From Leucoraja ocellata (lineage: Eukaryota): 64,000 nt of DNA. The notes under the pieces were generated by a model, which did no database searches, was not told where the DNA came from, and was given only the letters and a program-made list of their open reading frames with translations. The stretch's first letter is position 1. The number at the start of each line of letters is the position of its first letter. The DNA lies in the NCBI GenBank assembly GCA_036785375.1, contig JAWMAR010000543.1, positions 124,001 to 188,000 on the forward strand. The letters run 5' to 3'. The position numbers and the translations under genes were made by a program. This document shows positions 37,209 through 49,809 of this stretch, piece after piece.

Positions 37209-37520
37209 ATGGTGCCGACAGCACAGCGAGTAGAGCTGCTGCCGCACTGCAGAGACCCGGGTTTGATCCTAACCTCAGCTGCTTTCTATGTGAAGTTCTC
37301 CCTGTGACCAAGTGGCTTTCCCACAGTTTCTCTGGTTTTCTCACACGTGCGGGCAGGTTGGTTAATTGGATGTTGTTAGTTGTCCCAAGGGTGTAGATGA
37401 GTGGTAGAATCTGGGGTGAAATTGATGGGAATGTGGGGAGAATAGGTTGCAGGGAAAATTTGTGGGGGAATGGATTGCTCTGTGAGCCGGCATAAACCCG
37501 ATGGGCTGAATGGCCTATGT
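37209..37520 (+). mobile_element. HE1-type V-SINE
   Basis: gtagagctgctgcc...agagacccgggtttgatcct head and gatgggctgaatggcct tail. Confidence 0.72.
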
Positions 37521-38565
37521 CATAAGAAAATATGGATTAAAAAAAAAAAAAGAATTATACAGCATAGAATCAGGCCCTTCGGCACACCAGGTACATACTG
37601 ACCATCAAGCACAAATCCCATACTAATCCCATTTACTCTCCAAATGTTACCATCAACGTCTCCCAGCTTCTGCCACTCACCTATCCACCAGGGGCAATGT
37701 ACAGAGCCTAATTAACCTACCAACCCACTTGATTTTGGGATGTGGGAGAGAACAGGAGCAACCGGAGGAAGCCCACGTGATCACAGCGAGAATTTGCAAA
37801 CTCCACACTGGCACTGCCCGGTGTCAGGATCGAACCCTAAGATAGCTCTTTGGACTAACGGAATCAAGGGATATGGGGAGAAGCGGGAATGGGGTACTAA
37901 TTTTGGATGATCAGCCATGATCATATTGAATGGCGGTGCCGGCTCGAAGGGTTAAATGACCTACTTCTGCACCTGTTTTCTATGTTTCTGTTTCTAACTC
38001 AGGTTTCTGGAGGTGTCAAGCAGTGGCTCTACCTGCACCATTGTGCTGGCTTTACAATAATCTGAGCGGGCAAGGAAGTCTTGGTTTCATGTCTCAGTTT
38101 CGTGTCCTCCCAAGTGAAGGGTGACTAATCTTCCGACTGAGGTGGGAGATTATCAGGACGACCACTGATATTAAACTTGTTTGGGATGGGGAGGGGGGCG
38201 AGGCCAATGCAATGTGAGAGACTATCCCCACCTCTCCCATATACCTGATGCACCCAGAGCCCCAGGAAGTACAGCTTACTACTAGTTAGTTAAACGATAT
38301 GAATGACTTTTTAAATCAAACCCTTCCCCTATTCCAAACAGAGCTTCAATGACTGACTGTCTAGTAAAGAACTGCAAATGCTGCTTTAAATCGAAGGTAG
38401 ACACAAAATGCTGGAGTAACTCAGCATCTCTGGAGAGCATCTCTGGAGAGAAGGAATGGGCGACGTTTCGGGTCGAGACCCTTCTTCAAACTTCTCAACC
38501 CGAAACGCAGCCTCCGAGAGCCCACAATTGAATGGACATTGTGGGCGGAGAAAGGATGGCCATAC

Positions 38566-38715
38566 CTGCCCAGGACGCCTCCGAAGGAAAACTCTGGCAA
38601 GTTGTCTGATGGGGACTGGAGATCGTTCTTCGACGAGGCCTTATCATCCAGGAGCGGCCCACTGCTGGCCTCACTGTCCGCTTTCTGGCTGAGGCTGTCT
38701 GAGAAAGCATCGTCC
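38566..38715 (-). CDS. SRGAP3: SRGAP3 exon after SH3
   Basis: cctcag / gtatgg, 150 nt. DDAFSDSLSQKADSEASSGPLLDDKASSKNDLQSPSDNLPEFSFGGVLG(R). Confidence 0.95.
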
Positions 38716-38879
38716 CTGAGGGAAGAACCAAGAGACAAGAGTTGAATTGTCTATGTACCTGAACTGGAACCAGAGGTTAATATTCCTCCATTTAAAAACT
38801 GACATATATAAAGCAGCTTTGTAGCATTATAGTCTGGGAAATGTATCTGCTTACTGATTCACTGATTACCAGATCATCT

Positions 38880-41592
38880 GTTTCAGTGATGCTGGGTGAA
38901 GTGAGAACCCTGGCTAAGAGAAGGAGAGGCAAAGCAGCTAAATGATAGAGGTTGGGGTAAAAGAGGATGGTGTGTTGCTTTATTGATTAAAGAGAATGTC
39001 ACGGCAGTAATCTGAGATGACATCGTTCGTCCAGTGAGTCTGTATGGGTGGAGCTGAGACATAAAAAGGCGATGATCACCTTTTGTGGAGTATACTGCAG
39101 GCCCCCAAAAAGTCAATGTGAATTAGATGAGCAAATATGCCAGGAGATTGCAGGCAGCTACAGAACTAATAACGTTGTCATAGTATGGGATTTTAACTTT
39201 CCTGGTATCGAATGGGACTGTCATATTTTCACAGGATTAGACAAGGTCGATTTTATCAAATGTGTTCAAGAAAGTTTCCTTGGACAATATGTAGAGGGCT
39301 TTACACGGGAGAGGGCAAAGTTTGATCTACGCTTAGGAAATTGGGAAGGGAAAGAGACTGAAGTGTCAGTGAGTGAGCCCTTTGGGACCAGCGACCACTG
39401 TTCTATTAACTTTAAATTGGTTATGGAGAAAGGCAGACAGTCCCACAAGTTAAAATTCTGAAGTGAGGCAAGGCCAGCATTGATGGTATTAGTCAGGAAT
39501 TCGCTTGAGTTGATTGGAATAGATTGTTTGGGGGCAATGGAACGTCTGGAAAGCGGGATGGTGTTAAAAGTGTGATCAGCAAGGGTTTGAGGCATGCACA
39601 TCCCTGTTAGAGTGAAGGGAATGGCAGGTGGCAGTTAGGAAGCATGGACTAAAGAGACGTTGAGGCTCTGGTCAGGAAAAAGAAGGGGGCATGGGACAGG
39701 TATAGACAGCTAGGTTCAAGTGTATCCCTGGAGGAGTTCTGGGAACTGAGGAGCAAACTTAAAAAAGGAAATCAGGAGGGTAAACGGGACTGGAGATAGC
39801 TCTGGCAGATAATATTATGGAAAATCCAGAGATTTTATGTACATTAAGGGAAAGAGCGTAACTAAAGAGAGAATAGGGCCCCTCAGAAGCCCAATTGGTC
39901 ATCTTTGTGTGGAGCCAGAGGAGATGGGCAAGGTCCTCAATGCGTATTTCTCCTCAGTTTCTATCATGAAGAAAGACATGAAGATTGGGGATATGGTCAC
40001 AGTTAATTGAAATGTCTTGAGGACAGTCCGTATTATGGTCGAGGAAGTGTATTACGGTCGGACGTCTTAAAGCGTATGAAGGTAGATAAATCTCCTGGGC
40101 CTGATCAGATATATCCGAGGATACTGTGGGAAGAAATTTCAGTTGCCCTGGCTAAAATGTATAATTAGACACAGTGAAGTGAGAAAAGGCAATGTTGAAT
40201 AAAGAAGGGCTGTAAGGAAAGCCTGGGGACTTCAGACCAGTGAGCCTAATGTCTGTGGTAGGCAAATTACTGGAGAGTATTCTGAGGGATAAGATATATA
40301 TGGATTTGTATACACAGGGACCGTTGACGGATATTCAGCGTGGTTTTGTGCGAGGGACATCGTGTCTCACGAATCTGATTGAGTTTTTTGAAGAAGTAAC
40401 CAGAAAGATTGACCAGGGCAAAACCGTAGACGCTGTCTATATGGACTTAATTTGAGGAAGGACATTCTTGCTATTGAGGGAGTGCAGCGTAGGTTTACAA
40501 GGTTAATTCCCGGAATGGCGGGACTGTCATATGCTGAGAGAATGGAGCAGCTGGGCTTGTACACTCTGTAGTTTAGAAGGATGAGAGGATATCTCATTGA
40601 AACATATAAGATTGTTAAGGGTTTGGACACGCTAGAGGCAGGAAACATGTTCCCGATGTTGGGGGAGTCCAGAACCAGGGGCCACAGTTTAAGAATAAGA
40701 AGTAAGCCATTTAGAACGGAGACGAGGAGACACTGTTTCTCACAGAGAGTGGTGAGTCTGTGGAATTCTCTGCCTCAGAGGGCAGTGGAGGCAGGTTCTC
40801 TGGATGCTTTCAAGAGAGAGCTAGATAGGGCTCTTAAAAATAGCAGAGTCAGGGGATATGAGGAGAAGGCAGGAAAGGGGTTCTGATTGGGGATGATCAG
40901 CCATGATCACATTGAATGGCGGTGCTGGCTCAAAGGGCCGAATGGCCTCCTCCTGCACCTGTTGTCTATTGTCTATTGACTTAATCAAAGCATTTGGTAA
41001 GTTTGGAGTTCGTCAGTCAGGGTATAGAAGTTGTGATGTTATGTTACAATTGTACAAGACATCCGTGAGGTCACATTTGGAGTATTGTGTTGAGTTCTCG
41101 TCACCTTGCTATAGGAAGGATGTTGTTAAGCTGGAAAGAGTGCCAGGAAGATTTACGAGGATGTTGCCAGGACGAGCGTTTGAGCTATAGGGGGAGGTTG
41201 GGCAGGCGAGGCCTTAAGAGGGGTGATCTTATAGAGATGTATAAGATCATGAGAGGAATAGATAGGGTAAATGCACAGAGCCTTTTACCTACAATTCAGG
41301 AATCAGGGGACATGGGTTTAAGGTGAAGGGGAAAGATTTAATAGCAACCTGAAGGGTAACTTTTTCCAACAGAGGGTGATGGGTATATGGAATGAGCTGC
41401 TGGAGGAGGTAATTGAGGCAGGTACTATAACAAAATTTAAAAGGCATTTATACAGATATTTAGATAGGAAAAGTTTAGAGGGACACGGGCTAAACACGGG
41501 CAGCTGGGACTGAAGCCTCTTGGTCGGCATGGGAAAGTTGGGCCAAAGGGCCTGTTTCCATGCTGTATGCTCTATGCTATGACTCTATAACT
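38880..41592 (+). mobile_element. Long decayed CR1 LINE (APE to RT motif A, large deletion, 3' end) with a nested younger CR1
   Basis: GVYCRPP, DFNFP, SDH endonuclease motifs; KSPGPD; PVSLMSVVGKLLESILRD; SCLTNLIEFFEEVT; VYMDL/IKAF split by the insert; tail (ctatg)n. Confidence 0.92.
40452..40977 (+). mobile_element. 5'-truncated young CR1 nested in the older CR1, 8-bp TSD
   Basis: gacttaat at 40444-40451 and 40978-40985, (tctattg)n tail, nearly identical to 36200-36474. Confidence 0.9.
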
Positions 41593-41629
41593 ATCAGCCA
41601 AGGTGGCTCTATATTCTGAATGCTGGTTA

Positions 41630-42054
41630 CAGGTTCACCCCTGATTTTCCCGCATCCTTGTTTGCAGAACCTTGCCCGATTATCAGTTCTGTGGGACTAA
41701 CAGAGGTCATGGCCTCCGAGAGGAGTCCAACGGTATTGGTACTGTCCGCCTAAGCCACCGGGGAGCTGAGATACCGGCCCGCAAAGTCGGCCTCGGATGT
41801 TGGTTACGGGAAGGGAGAGTTCAGAGTCCAGTTTACCGGTCCATAGTTCCAGAGCCCCGGCCACAGGGGGACAAATTCAACCCGCTGATTGGAAGTCCGT
41901 CCGCAGCAGTCCTGATGAGGTCGAGAGCAGCCACCTCACCCAGTCTAGATTCCACATTTTCGGGGTGGGGACTTTGAGGGGGATATTAAATGCTCTCGTC
42001 CAGATTAAAGGAGGCGCTGGATCATCAGTTGCCGGAAAATTGGTGGAGGACCTG
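41630..42054. mobile_element. Tc1/mariner (Tigger/pogo-like) MITE
   Basis: TA|CAGGTTCACCCCTGATTTTCCCGCA ... TGCCGGAAAATTGGTGGAGGACCTG|TA: imperfect ~25-bp TIRs and TA target duplication. Confidence 0.75.
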
Positions 42055-42810
42055 TACTTTTCTCAGTGCAGTACCTGTTGTATTTGTGTATGGCTTGATT
42101 ATACGCATGTATGGTATGATTTGACTGGATAGCTCACAAATCAGGCTGTTCACTGTATATCAGTACACATGACAATAATACACCAAACAAGAGGACATAG
42201 TCACGAGATTAGAGGCGGTTATTTAAAACGGGTGTGTGGGAGCAACTTTTCACAGAGTGTAGTGAGTCTGGAATTCTCTCCCCAGGAGTCCTGTGGAAGT
42301 CAGATTGTTGGAATTATTGAAAGGGAGGTCAATAAATATTGGAAAGATCAGGAAATGGAAGATCAAAGGGAATTGGCACATTTCCTGAGGCCTGGGGCAG
42401 ATCAGCCATGATCATACTGAATAACAGGGTAGTCGAGGAGCTGTAGCCTCAACCTGCTATTTCACTGTGTATTTTCCTTGTGATCAGGTGTCAGAAGGCA
42501 GGAGAATGGAGTTAGCAGGGAGAGATAGATCAGCCATGACTGAATGGCGGTGTAGACTTGATGGGCTGAATGGCCTGTTCCTTATGACCATATGATCTCT
42601 TGGCCTAGGAGGCTCTCCTGTGGTGATCCTACCAGTCAGAAGGTGGCAGGGCTGAGAAGTATCCATGAAGGACATGAATCCTTATTGCTCAGGTGAAGTT
42701 CTGCATGCAGATCTTTTTAAGATCAAGTTCCTTCTCCCGTTTTGCTGGTTGTGCAGCGAGGGATGTCCACCTCGAGGAGACCGCTCTTGACCCCGGGGAG
42801 AGACACTCAC

Positions 42811-42991
42811 ATGTCCTGCACCACAATGTACTGATGTGGAATCAGACCGTCCAGCCCGTTGTGCCTCCCCTCCCACCAGTCCTCCGAGGCTCGGTGGTAC
42901 AGCAGCAGAGAGGCTCCTTTCTTGAACGACAGCTCCCGTGGTGTCCGGCCAACGTAATCGAACTTGGCGATAGCTTCAATCTGCTCTATCT
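42811..42991 (-). CDS. SRGAP3: SRGAP3 SH3-domain exon
   Basis: ctgtag / gtgagt, 181 nt. [59 protein letters not shown](M). Confidence 0.96.
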
Positions 42992-43494
42992 CTACAGAGG
43001 TTAGAGACAGTATATGTTAAACATTATACTTTTAGAAGTTTAGTTCAGTTTAGAGATATAGCGCGGAAACAGGACCTTCATCCCATTGAGTCAACGCTGA
43101 CCAGTGCTCCCCACATACTAACACTCATCCTACACACACTAGGGGCAATTTACAACTTTACCAAGCCAATTAACCTATAAACTTGTACGTCTTTGGAATG
43201 TGGGAGGAAACTGTCTAATCCTGTGAGAATTCACGTGACATTTCATGGCACTGATTTAACTTCATAATAAATCTGTGCTTTGGAATCCTTTATGGAACAA
43301 AGAGTAGAATGTTCTCTGCATCACATGCAGATACCTCAAAGGCACAACACTGTGGAGGCTGGAATACCAAAGCACAGCTGGAGAGCCTGGGAGGGATGAG
43401 CAGATCTAGCTGCCCAGGTGAAATGTACAACAAATGCAAAAGCTTCATTTACCTGTTACTCTGATGAAAGGGCAGCGCTCTGAAAGACTAACTG

Positions 43495-43807
43495 TGCGAG
43501 TTCATTCAAGTGCTCTTCCGAGTTTAAAAATAAATCAAACTCGTGGTAAGCACGTAGAATGAACGTAGCGGGTACATCGGAGCTCGGGGACATCTCTTAG
43601 CGGCTCGTAAAGCTAACGGCAGGTACTCGGGAAGACTCGCTAACGGCAGGTAAGCTCGGGAAGAATCGTGAAGATTTTTCAACATGTTGAAAATTGTCCA
43701 CAAGAGCCCCAAGTACTTACGAGCGGCCATTACCGTAAATCTCTGAGTTTGAATCAGGGCAAACTCGAGGAGAACTCTTGAATGAACTCGTGCAGTGGGA
43801 CAGGGCT
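43495..43807. mobile_element. PIF/Harbinger-like MITE fragment (one terminus)
   Basis: Ends ...agtgggacagggct|tta, with internal short repeats (gctaacggcaggta, actcggg). The other TIR was not found. Confidence 0.5.
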
Positions 43808-43974
43808 TTAAGACTCTACAGCAGGAACATCACACTACAGGAGCAGCACAGAATGCTGAAGGTGCAGTGTGTCAGACAGCTCACTAGAGGGAAGCACACA
43901 CCAGCCACCTTGAAAGAAAGGACGGCTTGTGGAGATAGAATCACCCAGCACAGGAACAGGCCCTTTGGCCCACT

Positions 43975-44930
43975 GAGTGTGTAACACTGAGCGAGTGTGT
44001 GTGGGACAGTGTGTAACACTGGGAGAGTGTATGTGGGACAGTGTGTAACTAGGGATGCCAACTTTCTCACTCCCAAATAAGGGACAAAAGGTCAAAATAC
44101 AGGACAAATTTCCGACGGCAATTTGTTGACCGACTCGGCCGTGGCTGGGCGAATGATGAGTTGGCCCGGGTGCTGGACTGCGCACAAAGCCCAGCCATTG
44201 GCCCAGCTGAGGAATTTTGGCCCGCAAAGTCTGGCACCCCATCCAACTCATGAACCGATGATCAGCCATGAGAAGGAGGGGTGGTGGTGTCAGCGGTAAG
44301 CGAAGGTCCAAAGGTCGGGCAGCTGGCTGGACTCCCGACCGTCAGGGCCATGGACGAGATGCTGCAACTGCATTCCATGGGCTCACTACGTTGGGACGGG
44401 TGAGGCGGGGCCGGTCGCGGTGCTCCGACCCGACAGTCCCCTCAACCCAAGTAGTAGCAGTCAAATACGGGACAAGGGCAGTCACATACGGGACCAACCA
44501 ATTTAGCCCAAAATGTGGGATGACCCGGCTAATACGGGACAGTTGGCAACCCTGTGTGTAACCCTGGGAGAGTGTATGAGGGACAGTATGTAACACTGGG
44601 AGAGTGAATGTGAGACAGTGTGTTACACTGGGAGAGTGTGTGTGTGAGACAGTGTGTTACACTGGGAGAGTGAATGTGAGACAGTGTGTTACACTGGGAG
44701 AGTGAATGTGAGACAGTGTGTTACACTGGGAGAGTGTGTGTGTGAGACAGTGTGTTACACTGGGAGAGTGAATGTGAGACAGTGTGTTACCCTGGGAGAG
44801 TGTGTGTGTGGGACAGTGTAACACTGGGAGAGTATGTGGGAGGCTGTGTGGGTTGGTGTGTAGCACTGGGCAGATTTATGGGATGGTGTGTAACTTTGGG
44901 AGGTGTTATACGATGATGTGTAACTTTGGG
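43975..44930. repeat. ~32-34-bp minisatellite (acactgggagagtgaatgtgagacagtgtgtt), interrupted by a hAT MITE
   Basis: About 2 copies before 44050 and about 8-9 after 44555, decaying to the right. Confidence 0.9.
44050..44554. mobile_element. hAT (Tip100-like) MITE with perfect 8-bp TSD
   Basis: TIRs tagggatgccaac / gttggcaaccctg, TSD tgtgtaac at 44042-44049 and 44555-44562, subterminal tacgggac repeats. Confidence 0.88.
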
Positions 44931-45227
44931 AGGCTGAAACACTGGTTTGAGTGCCAGAATTCAAGGCAATATTGAGATTGTCACATTTTTGAGAAGCCGG
45001 TGATTGTAACATCTACTCTCCCAGCCAGGGTGTGGATATGAAGTCTACAACCCTGGACATGTTGGATGGGCTACGGGAAATGTCCCTGCAATCAGCCAGG
45101 CTGCTATGCAGTGCTGCCAGTTGTGTGTTTGCTCAGAGTTGACTCTGGGGAGGGAGGTACAGCTGCATCCCACCCCCTCCTGTCAGTGTCCATGCCGCTG
45201 TTCATGGAGTGGTGGTCCTTGACTTAC

Positions 45228-45307
45228 CGTCATCGCTGGTGTGGGGCTCGGTGCTGTTGTCGTGGTCCACTTCGTCAATGGCCCCCGGCTCACTGTGGGG
45301 ACTGTCA
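45228..45307 (-). CDS. SRGAP3: SRGAP3 GAP-SH3 linker exon
   Basis: ttgcag / gtaagt, 80 nt. DSPHSEPGAIDEVDHDNSTEPHTSDD(E). Confidence 0.94.
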
Positions 45308-45554
45308 CTGCAACAGAGGTAGAGGGGGTCAGCCGGGCTTCCTCTGCATGCACTGAGTCTCATTGAGGATTAGGCATGCAGCCTGTCTGAGTATTCCCAC
45401 CCGGAGTTGCCAACCGAGGCACCGCTGTTCCAGGGATCAGAGGGAAACCACATCTCGGGGAGGGAGGTGTTACCATCAAACGGAGTGAGCGCCTTTCCCA
45501 GGGAATGGGAGTGTGACTGATGAGTCGAAGGCCAGGATGATGGTGTTACCTGTT

Positions 45555-45932
45555 TAGACTTTTGACTTTAGAGACAACAACCTGGCTGCTCAACACTCGG
45601 CTTGAGATCTAACTATTCCTTTAAATTATGTGTCATTCGCAAGAAGAAGAAGAAGAAGAAGAAGAGATGCAGTGCGGAAACAGGCTCTTCAACCTATAGA
45701 GTCCACACCGAGCAGCAATCACCCCGTACACTAGCACTATCCGACACACTAGGGGCAATTTTAAAATTTTTATCAAAGCCAATTAACCTATAAACCTGTA
45801 CGTCTTTGGAGCGTGGGAGGAAACTGGAGCACCACGCAGTCACAGGGAAAACAGACAGCACCCATAGTCATAATCGTATCCGGGTCTCTGGCTCTGCAAG
45901 GCAGCAACTGTACCGCTGCACCACTTTGCCGC
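45555..45932 (-). mobile_element. V-SINE with a short (AAG)n-tailed retro-insert near its 3' end
   Basis: Reverse complement of the V-SINE tail, core and head; insert at ~45575-45665. Confidence 0.7.
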
Positions 45933-46630
45933 CTTACAATTGTGTGACAGGGTGTGTTTTTTTCCAATCACGTGAGGTGGGGGATTATCTCTCCAATTGT
46001 GTGACAGGGTGAGGTTTGTGTCTTGAGTTCTGCATTCGCTGAGCTCCAGCTTTCATAATTCTCACCCGATGCTGTGCTCACAGCTGAGGATTGTCCTCAC
46101 AGTGAGGACTCTGCACCGGAGAGGAGATGACACAACAGGCCGGCCCCAATGCAGCATGGCCCAGCCGCATCGTGGCATTCGCACGACGTGGTACTGAGCT
46201 GCGCAACAAAGGGTGGAAAGGCCCCGTGGGTCTGAAGGTGGAGACTGTTTCTGCCCATGGCCATTTACGGGTGTGACGGTAACCGAGAGGCAGATAGTGG
46301 AGATCAGGACTAAAACCGCCAACACAGCAGGTCCAATGAAAGGTTATTGACCTGAAACGTCAACTCTGTTTCTCTCTTCACAGATGCTGCCGACTCACTG
46401 ATTGTTCCTGGCACTCTCAGCATTTAGTTTGAATACAACTGTACTCAGTTCCACTGGGCCAGGGGTGGACAGTGCAGCCAGTGATGACGGGCCGATTACC
46501 CTGGGAGCCCCGTGCTGCCTGCGCAGGTTAACGTCAGGGCAATGGAGGGAGGACGAGAAGGAGATGGTGTCACAGGGTGAGTTTCCTCACTGTGGGTGGG
46601 TGAATGCGGCTGCTGACAGCCATTCCCTAC

Positions 46631-46858
46631 CAGTATTCCTCGCCTCCGGTCATGCACTTCTCGTACACTGGCCCGTCCAACTCCTTGTGGCTGGGGAAGA
46701 TGCCCTCGTGGTTCATTATGATACTTTTGATCACCTCGTTGACGTGGGCTTGGCAGGATACAGGGTCCTGGCTGTCAGGGATGGGCATTAAGGTTGGCCC
46801 AAAGCAGATGGCAAGGTTGTAGGGGTCCATCATGTTTTCGTCGCTGTACTGGGAGAGA
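46631..46858 (-). CDS. SRGAP3: SRGAP3 RhoGAP C-terminal exon
   Basis: ctgcag / gtaggg, 228 nt. LSQYSDENMMDPYNLAICFGPTLM...LDGPVYEKCMTGGEEY(C). Confidence 0.96.
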
Positions 46859-47186
46859 CTGCAGAACAAAGAAACACATCACCACAGCCCAATGCTAGTC
46901 CTGTCTGACCCCTACCCCAGGTACACTCCTGGCCTCTAAACACCACAGAAGCCGTCTGTCCTGCACTAAACGCCAACACTGTGCTCCCCACATTGGGTCA
47001 AGGGGGAGTTTAGCCAGTCTCAGATCCTATTACTGACTTACTTCAGTGGTATCCCATTCACAGTGTTCGCAGGGAATGGGCAAGATCTCAAGACCAGGCT
47101 CGGCAGGAAATCACCCACAGGATGAACATTAGTAGGAGGAGCGGATGCTTGGTAGAAGGGAAGCAGCTGGCACAGGAGAGTCATCT

Positions 47187-47494
47187 AGATGGGCTTTCGG
47201 ACAGCTGAGTCCATACTAACCACCAAGCTCCCATTTACAATAATCCAACTTTATTCTCCCCACATTCCCTTCAACTTCCCCTCAGATTCTACCCATCACC
47301 AACACACTCGGGGCAATTTACAGCAGCCAATTAACCCACCAACCCTGACATATGTGAGTCGTGGGAGGAATCTGGTTCATCTGGGGGAAACTCGCTTGGT
47401 CACAGGGAGAACGTCCAAACTCCAGCCGCAGAGGATGGGGTCGAACCTGGGCCTCTGGAGCTGTGAGGCAGCTGCACTACCTGCTTTGCCCCAC
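47187..47494 (-). mobile_element. HE1-type V-SINE
   Basis: ggggcaatttacagcagccaattaacc...ggtcacagggagaacgtccaaactcc...ctgtgaggcagc. Confidence 0.72.
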
Positions 47495-47617
47495 TTTTGA
47501 ACTTTCCCCAGGGATGATAATGGAATGAAAGAAATATATGATGAACGATATTCAAAATCTATGCATCGATCGTAAGGAGCAGAGGGAGGGGTCTTGGAAG
47601 CAGGAGAAGGCACTCAC

Positions 47618-47723
47618 TGGTTGAGGAAGGCAAAGAGGTATCTCATCACGATGATGACAGTCCGTGAGAGTGTCACGATGATCTGTTGGATGTGGTGGAC
47701 CCGCTCAACCACGCTCTCAATCT
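47618..47723 (-). CDS. SRGAP3: SRGAP3 RhoGAP exon
   Basis: ccacag / gtgagt, 106 nt. IESVVERVHHIQQIIVTLSRTVIIVMRYLFAFLN(H). Confidence 0.95.
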
Positions 47724-49009
47724 CTGTGGGGTGAACAAGAGGGGAAAGCCTGAGTGTTTTATCTCTTAACCAGTCCCCACTCCCAACGGCGCAGGAAGAA
47801 GCTGCTCACATTTTCACTGCTTAACCCTGTGGGTCCATGTATGATATTGGGTAGTACATTCAAATGTAAGCTATTAGTCGATTACCATTTCTGTTTAAGT
47901 CAACAGGTTGAAAAATGGAGACATACAAATCTTTTACACCTCCCCCTATTCCAAAACATCTAGGTCCCTTGATTGCCTTTGGCCTTGCCTTTCGATTAAA
48001 CACCACTGAACCCAGGTTTTCACTGAGTTCTGCCTTCCTCCAGCATCTCTATATTTCTTGATGAGTGGGACCTAGCTTCAAGGCCTCAGAGCTCGGTATG
48101 TTTGGGTTGAAGGTTGGCATGATTGCAGGACAAGAGATTCAGTACCCCAAATCCGTATTCTCGCAGTTTTAGTAGAATGAGGGGAGATGTCCCCCAACGT
48201 TATCAAATTCTCACAGGGCTCGACAGGCTGTGTGCAAGGAAGGTGGTTCACTTTGGCAGAGCAGTCTAGGACCAGGGGCACAGTCTTAAGATACCTGGCA
48301 AAACATGTAGAATTGGGATGAAGATACATTTATTTTGCAAATCTTGGTGAATTTTTGGCATACTCTGCCCTGGAGGGAGGGAGGTTGTGTCATTGTGTTT
48401 AAAGATCAATAGATTTCACAGAAGGCTGGGGAAGTTGTAAACCGGGGTTCAAGGACAGCCTGAGGGCAATGCAATCAGAGGCAGAATGGGTCACGGGTCA
48501 CACAACCCAATGCAACATGAGGAGCACCGAGTCTTACAAACTTCCTAACTCTTTCCCACTGTTGAATGAACGGTTTCCGAAGCAACATTATGTCTGCTGG
48601 ATATGACAGATGTCACATGGCAAGACCATATCCTGGCTGTCCTGAGATATTTATTTCCCAATACTGATTTTGTCCTTTTATTTCCTTGCTACTTGCGCAA
48701 TCTTGTTGTGTGCAAATGGGATGCTAATCCAATGTTAGGTAACTCAGCGTGCCAGGCAGCATCTCTGGAAGGTGACGTTTCGGGCCGGGAGCCTTCTTCA
48801 GACTACAATTCCATGTGTTAATTCAATGTGTTGGAAATGTTCATGGATGCCTGAGGTCATGGAAGATGGCAAATGATTGCATTTGTATTTTCTATAATCT
48901 ATAATAATGATGATGGAAGTTGAAGGTATTTTCTTGCTGTATAAAGTTTAAGAGTACGCGGAGTTGTGAATAAGAAACATAAATGCAACCTTTTCACTCT
49001 TGGAACACA

Positions 49010-49650
49010 GAAACCTAGAACACTACAACACAGAAACAGGCCCTTCGGTTCTTGGCAGAACACAATGCCATGATAAACTAATCTCATTTGCCTACACATG
49101 ATCCATATCCCTCAATCCCTCAAACCCTGCATATTAATGTGTCCATCGGAAAGCCTCTTAAACGTTGCTATTGCTGTCTCCACTGTCATCGCCGGCTGCT
49201 TTATCCAGGCACTCATCATCTGGGTAAAAAACTTGCCCTGCATATTTCCTTTAAACTTTGCCCATCTCACCTGACAGCTACTCTTACATTCTTTGACATT
49301 TCTACCCTAAGAAAAAGATTCTGAATGTCTACCATATCTATGCCTCTCATAATTTTATATACTTCTACCAGGTCTGCCCTCAACTTCCAGTGTTACAACA
49401 AAAACAATCAAACAATCCAAGTCTGTCCTACCGCTCCTAATGGAGAGAATGGGTGACATTTCGGGTCAAGACCCTTCTTCAGATTCGACCTGAAACGTCA
49501 CCCGTTCCTACTCTCCATAGATGCTGCCTGTCCTGTTGAGTTAGTCAAGCATTTTGTGTCTATATTCGGTTTAACCAGCATCTGCAGATCCTTCCTACAC
49601 TACCAGATCTACCTCTCTTAATAGCTGATATCCTCTAATCCAGGCAACAT
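49010..49650 (-). mobile_element. CR1 3' fragment with a nested palindromic PLE derivative (~49440-49600)
   Basis: Reverse complement of the CR1 tail (acagaaacaggcccttcgg...tctatgcctctcataattttatatacttcta), interrupted by PLE-family sequence. Confidence 0.7.
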
Positions 49651-49809
49651 GCTTAAAAATGCATTTGGAATTGGTCATTATTCTGACACTGGATGTCACG
49701 AACACGAACTGTCTGAAGAAGGGTCTTGACCCAAAACGTCACCCATTCCTTCTCTCCAGAGATGCTGCTTTCCCGCTGAGTTACGCCAGCATTTGTGTCT
49801 ATCAGGCTA

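Noticed and set aside
41908-41930. CTGATGAG hammerhead-like start within the Tigger-like MITE
   Set aside because: There is no helix II followed by GAAA.
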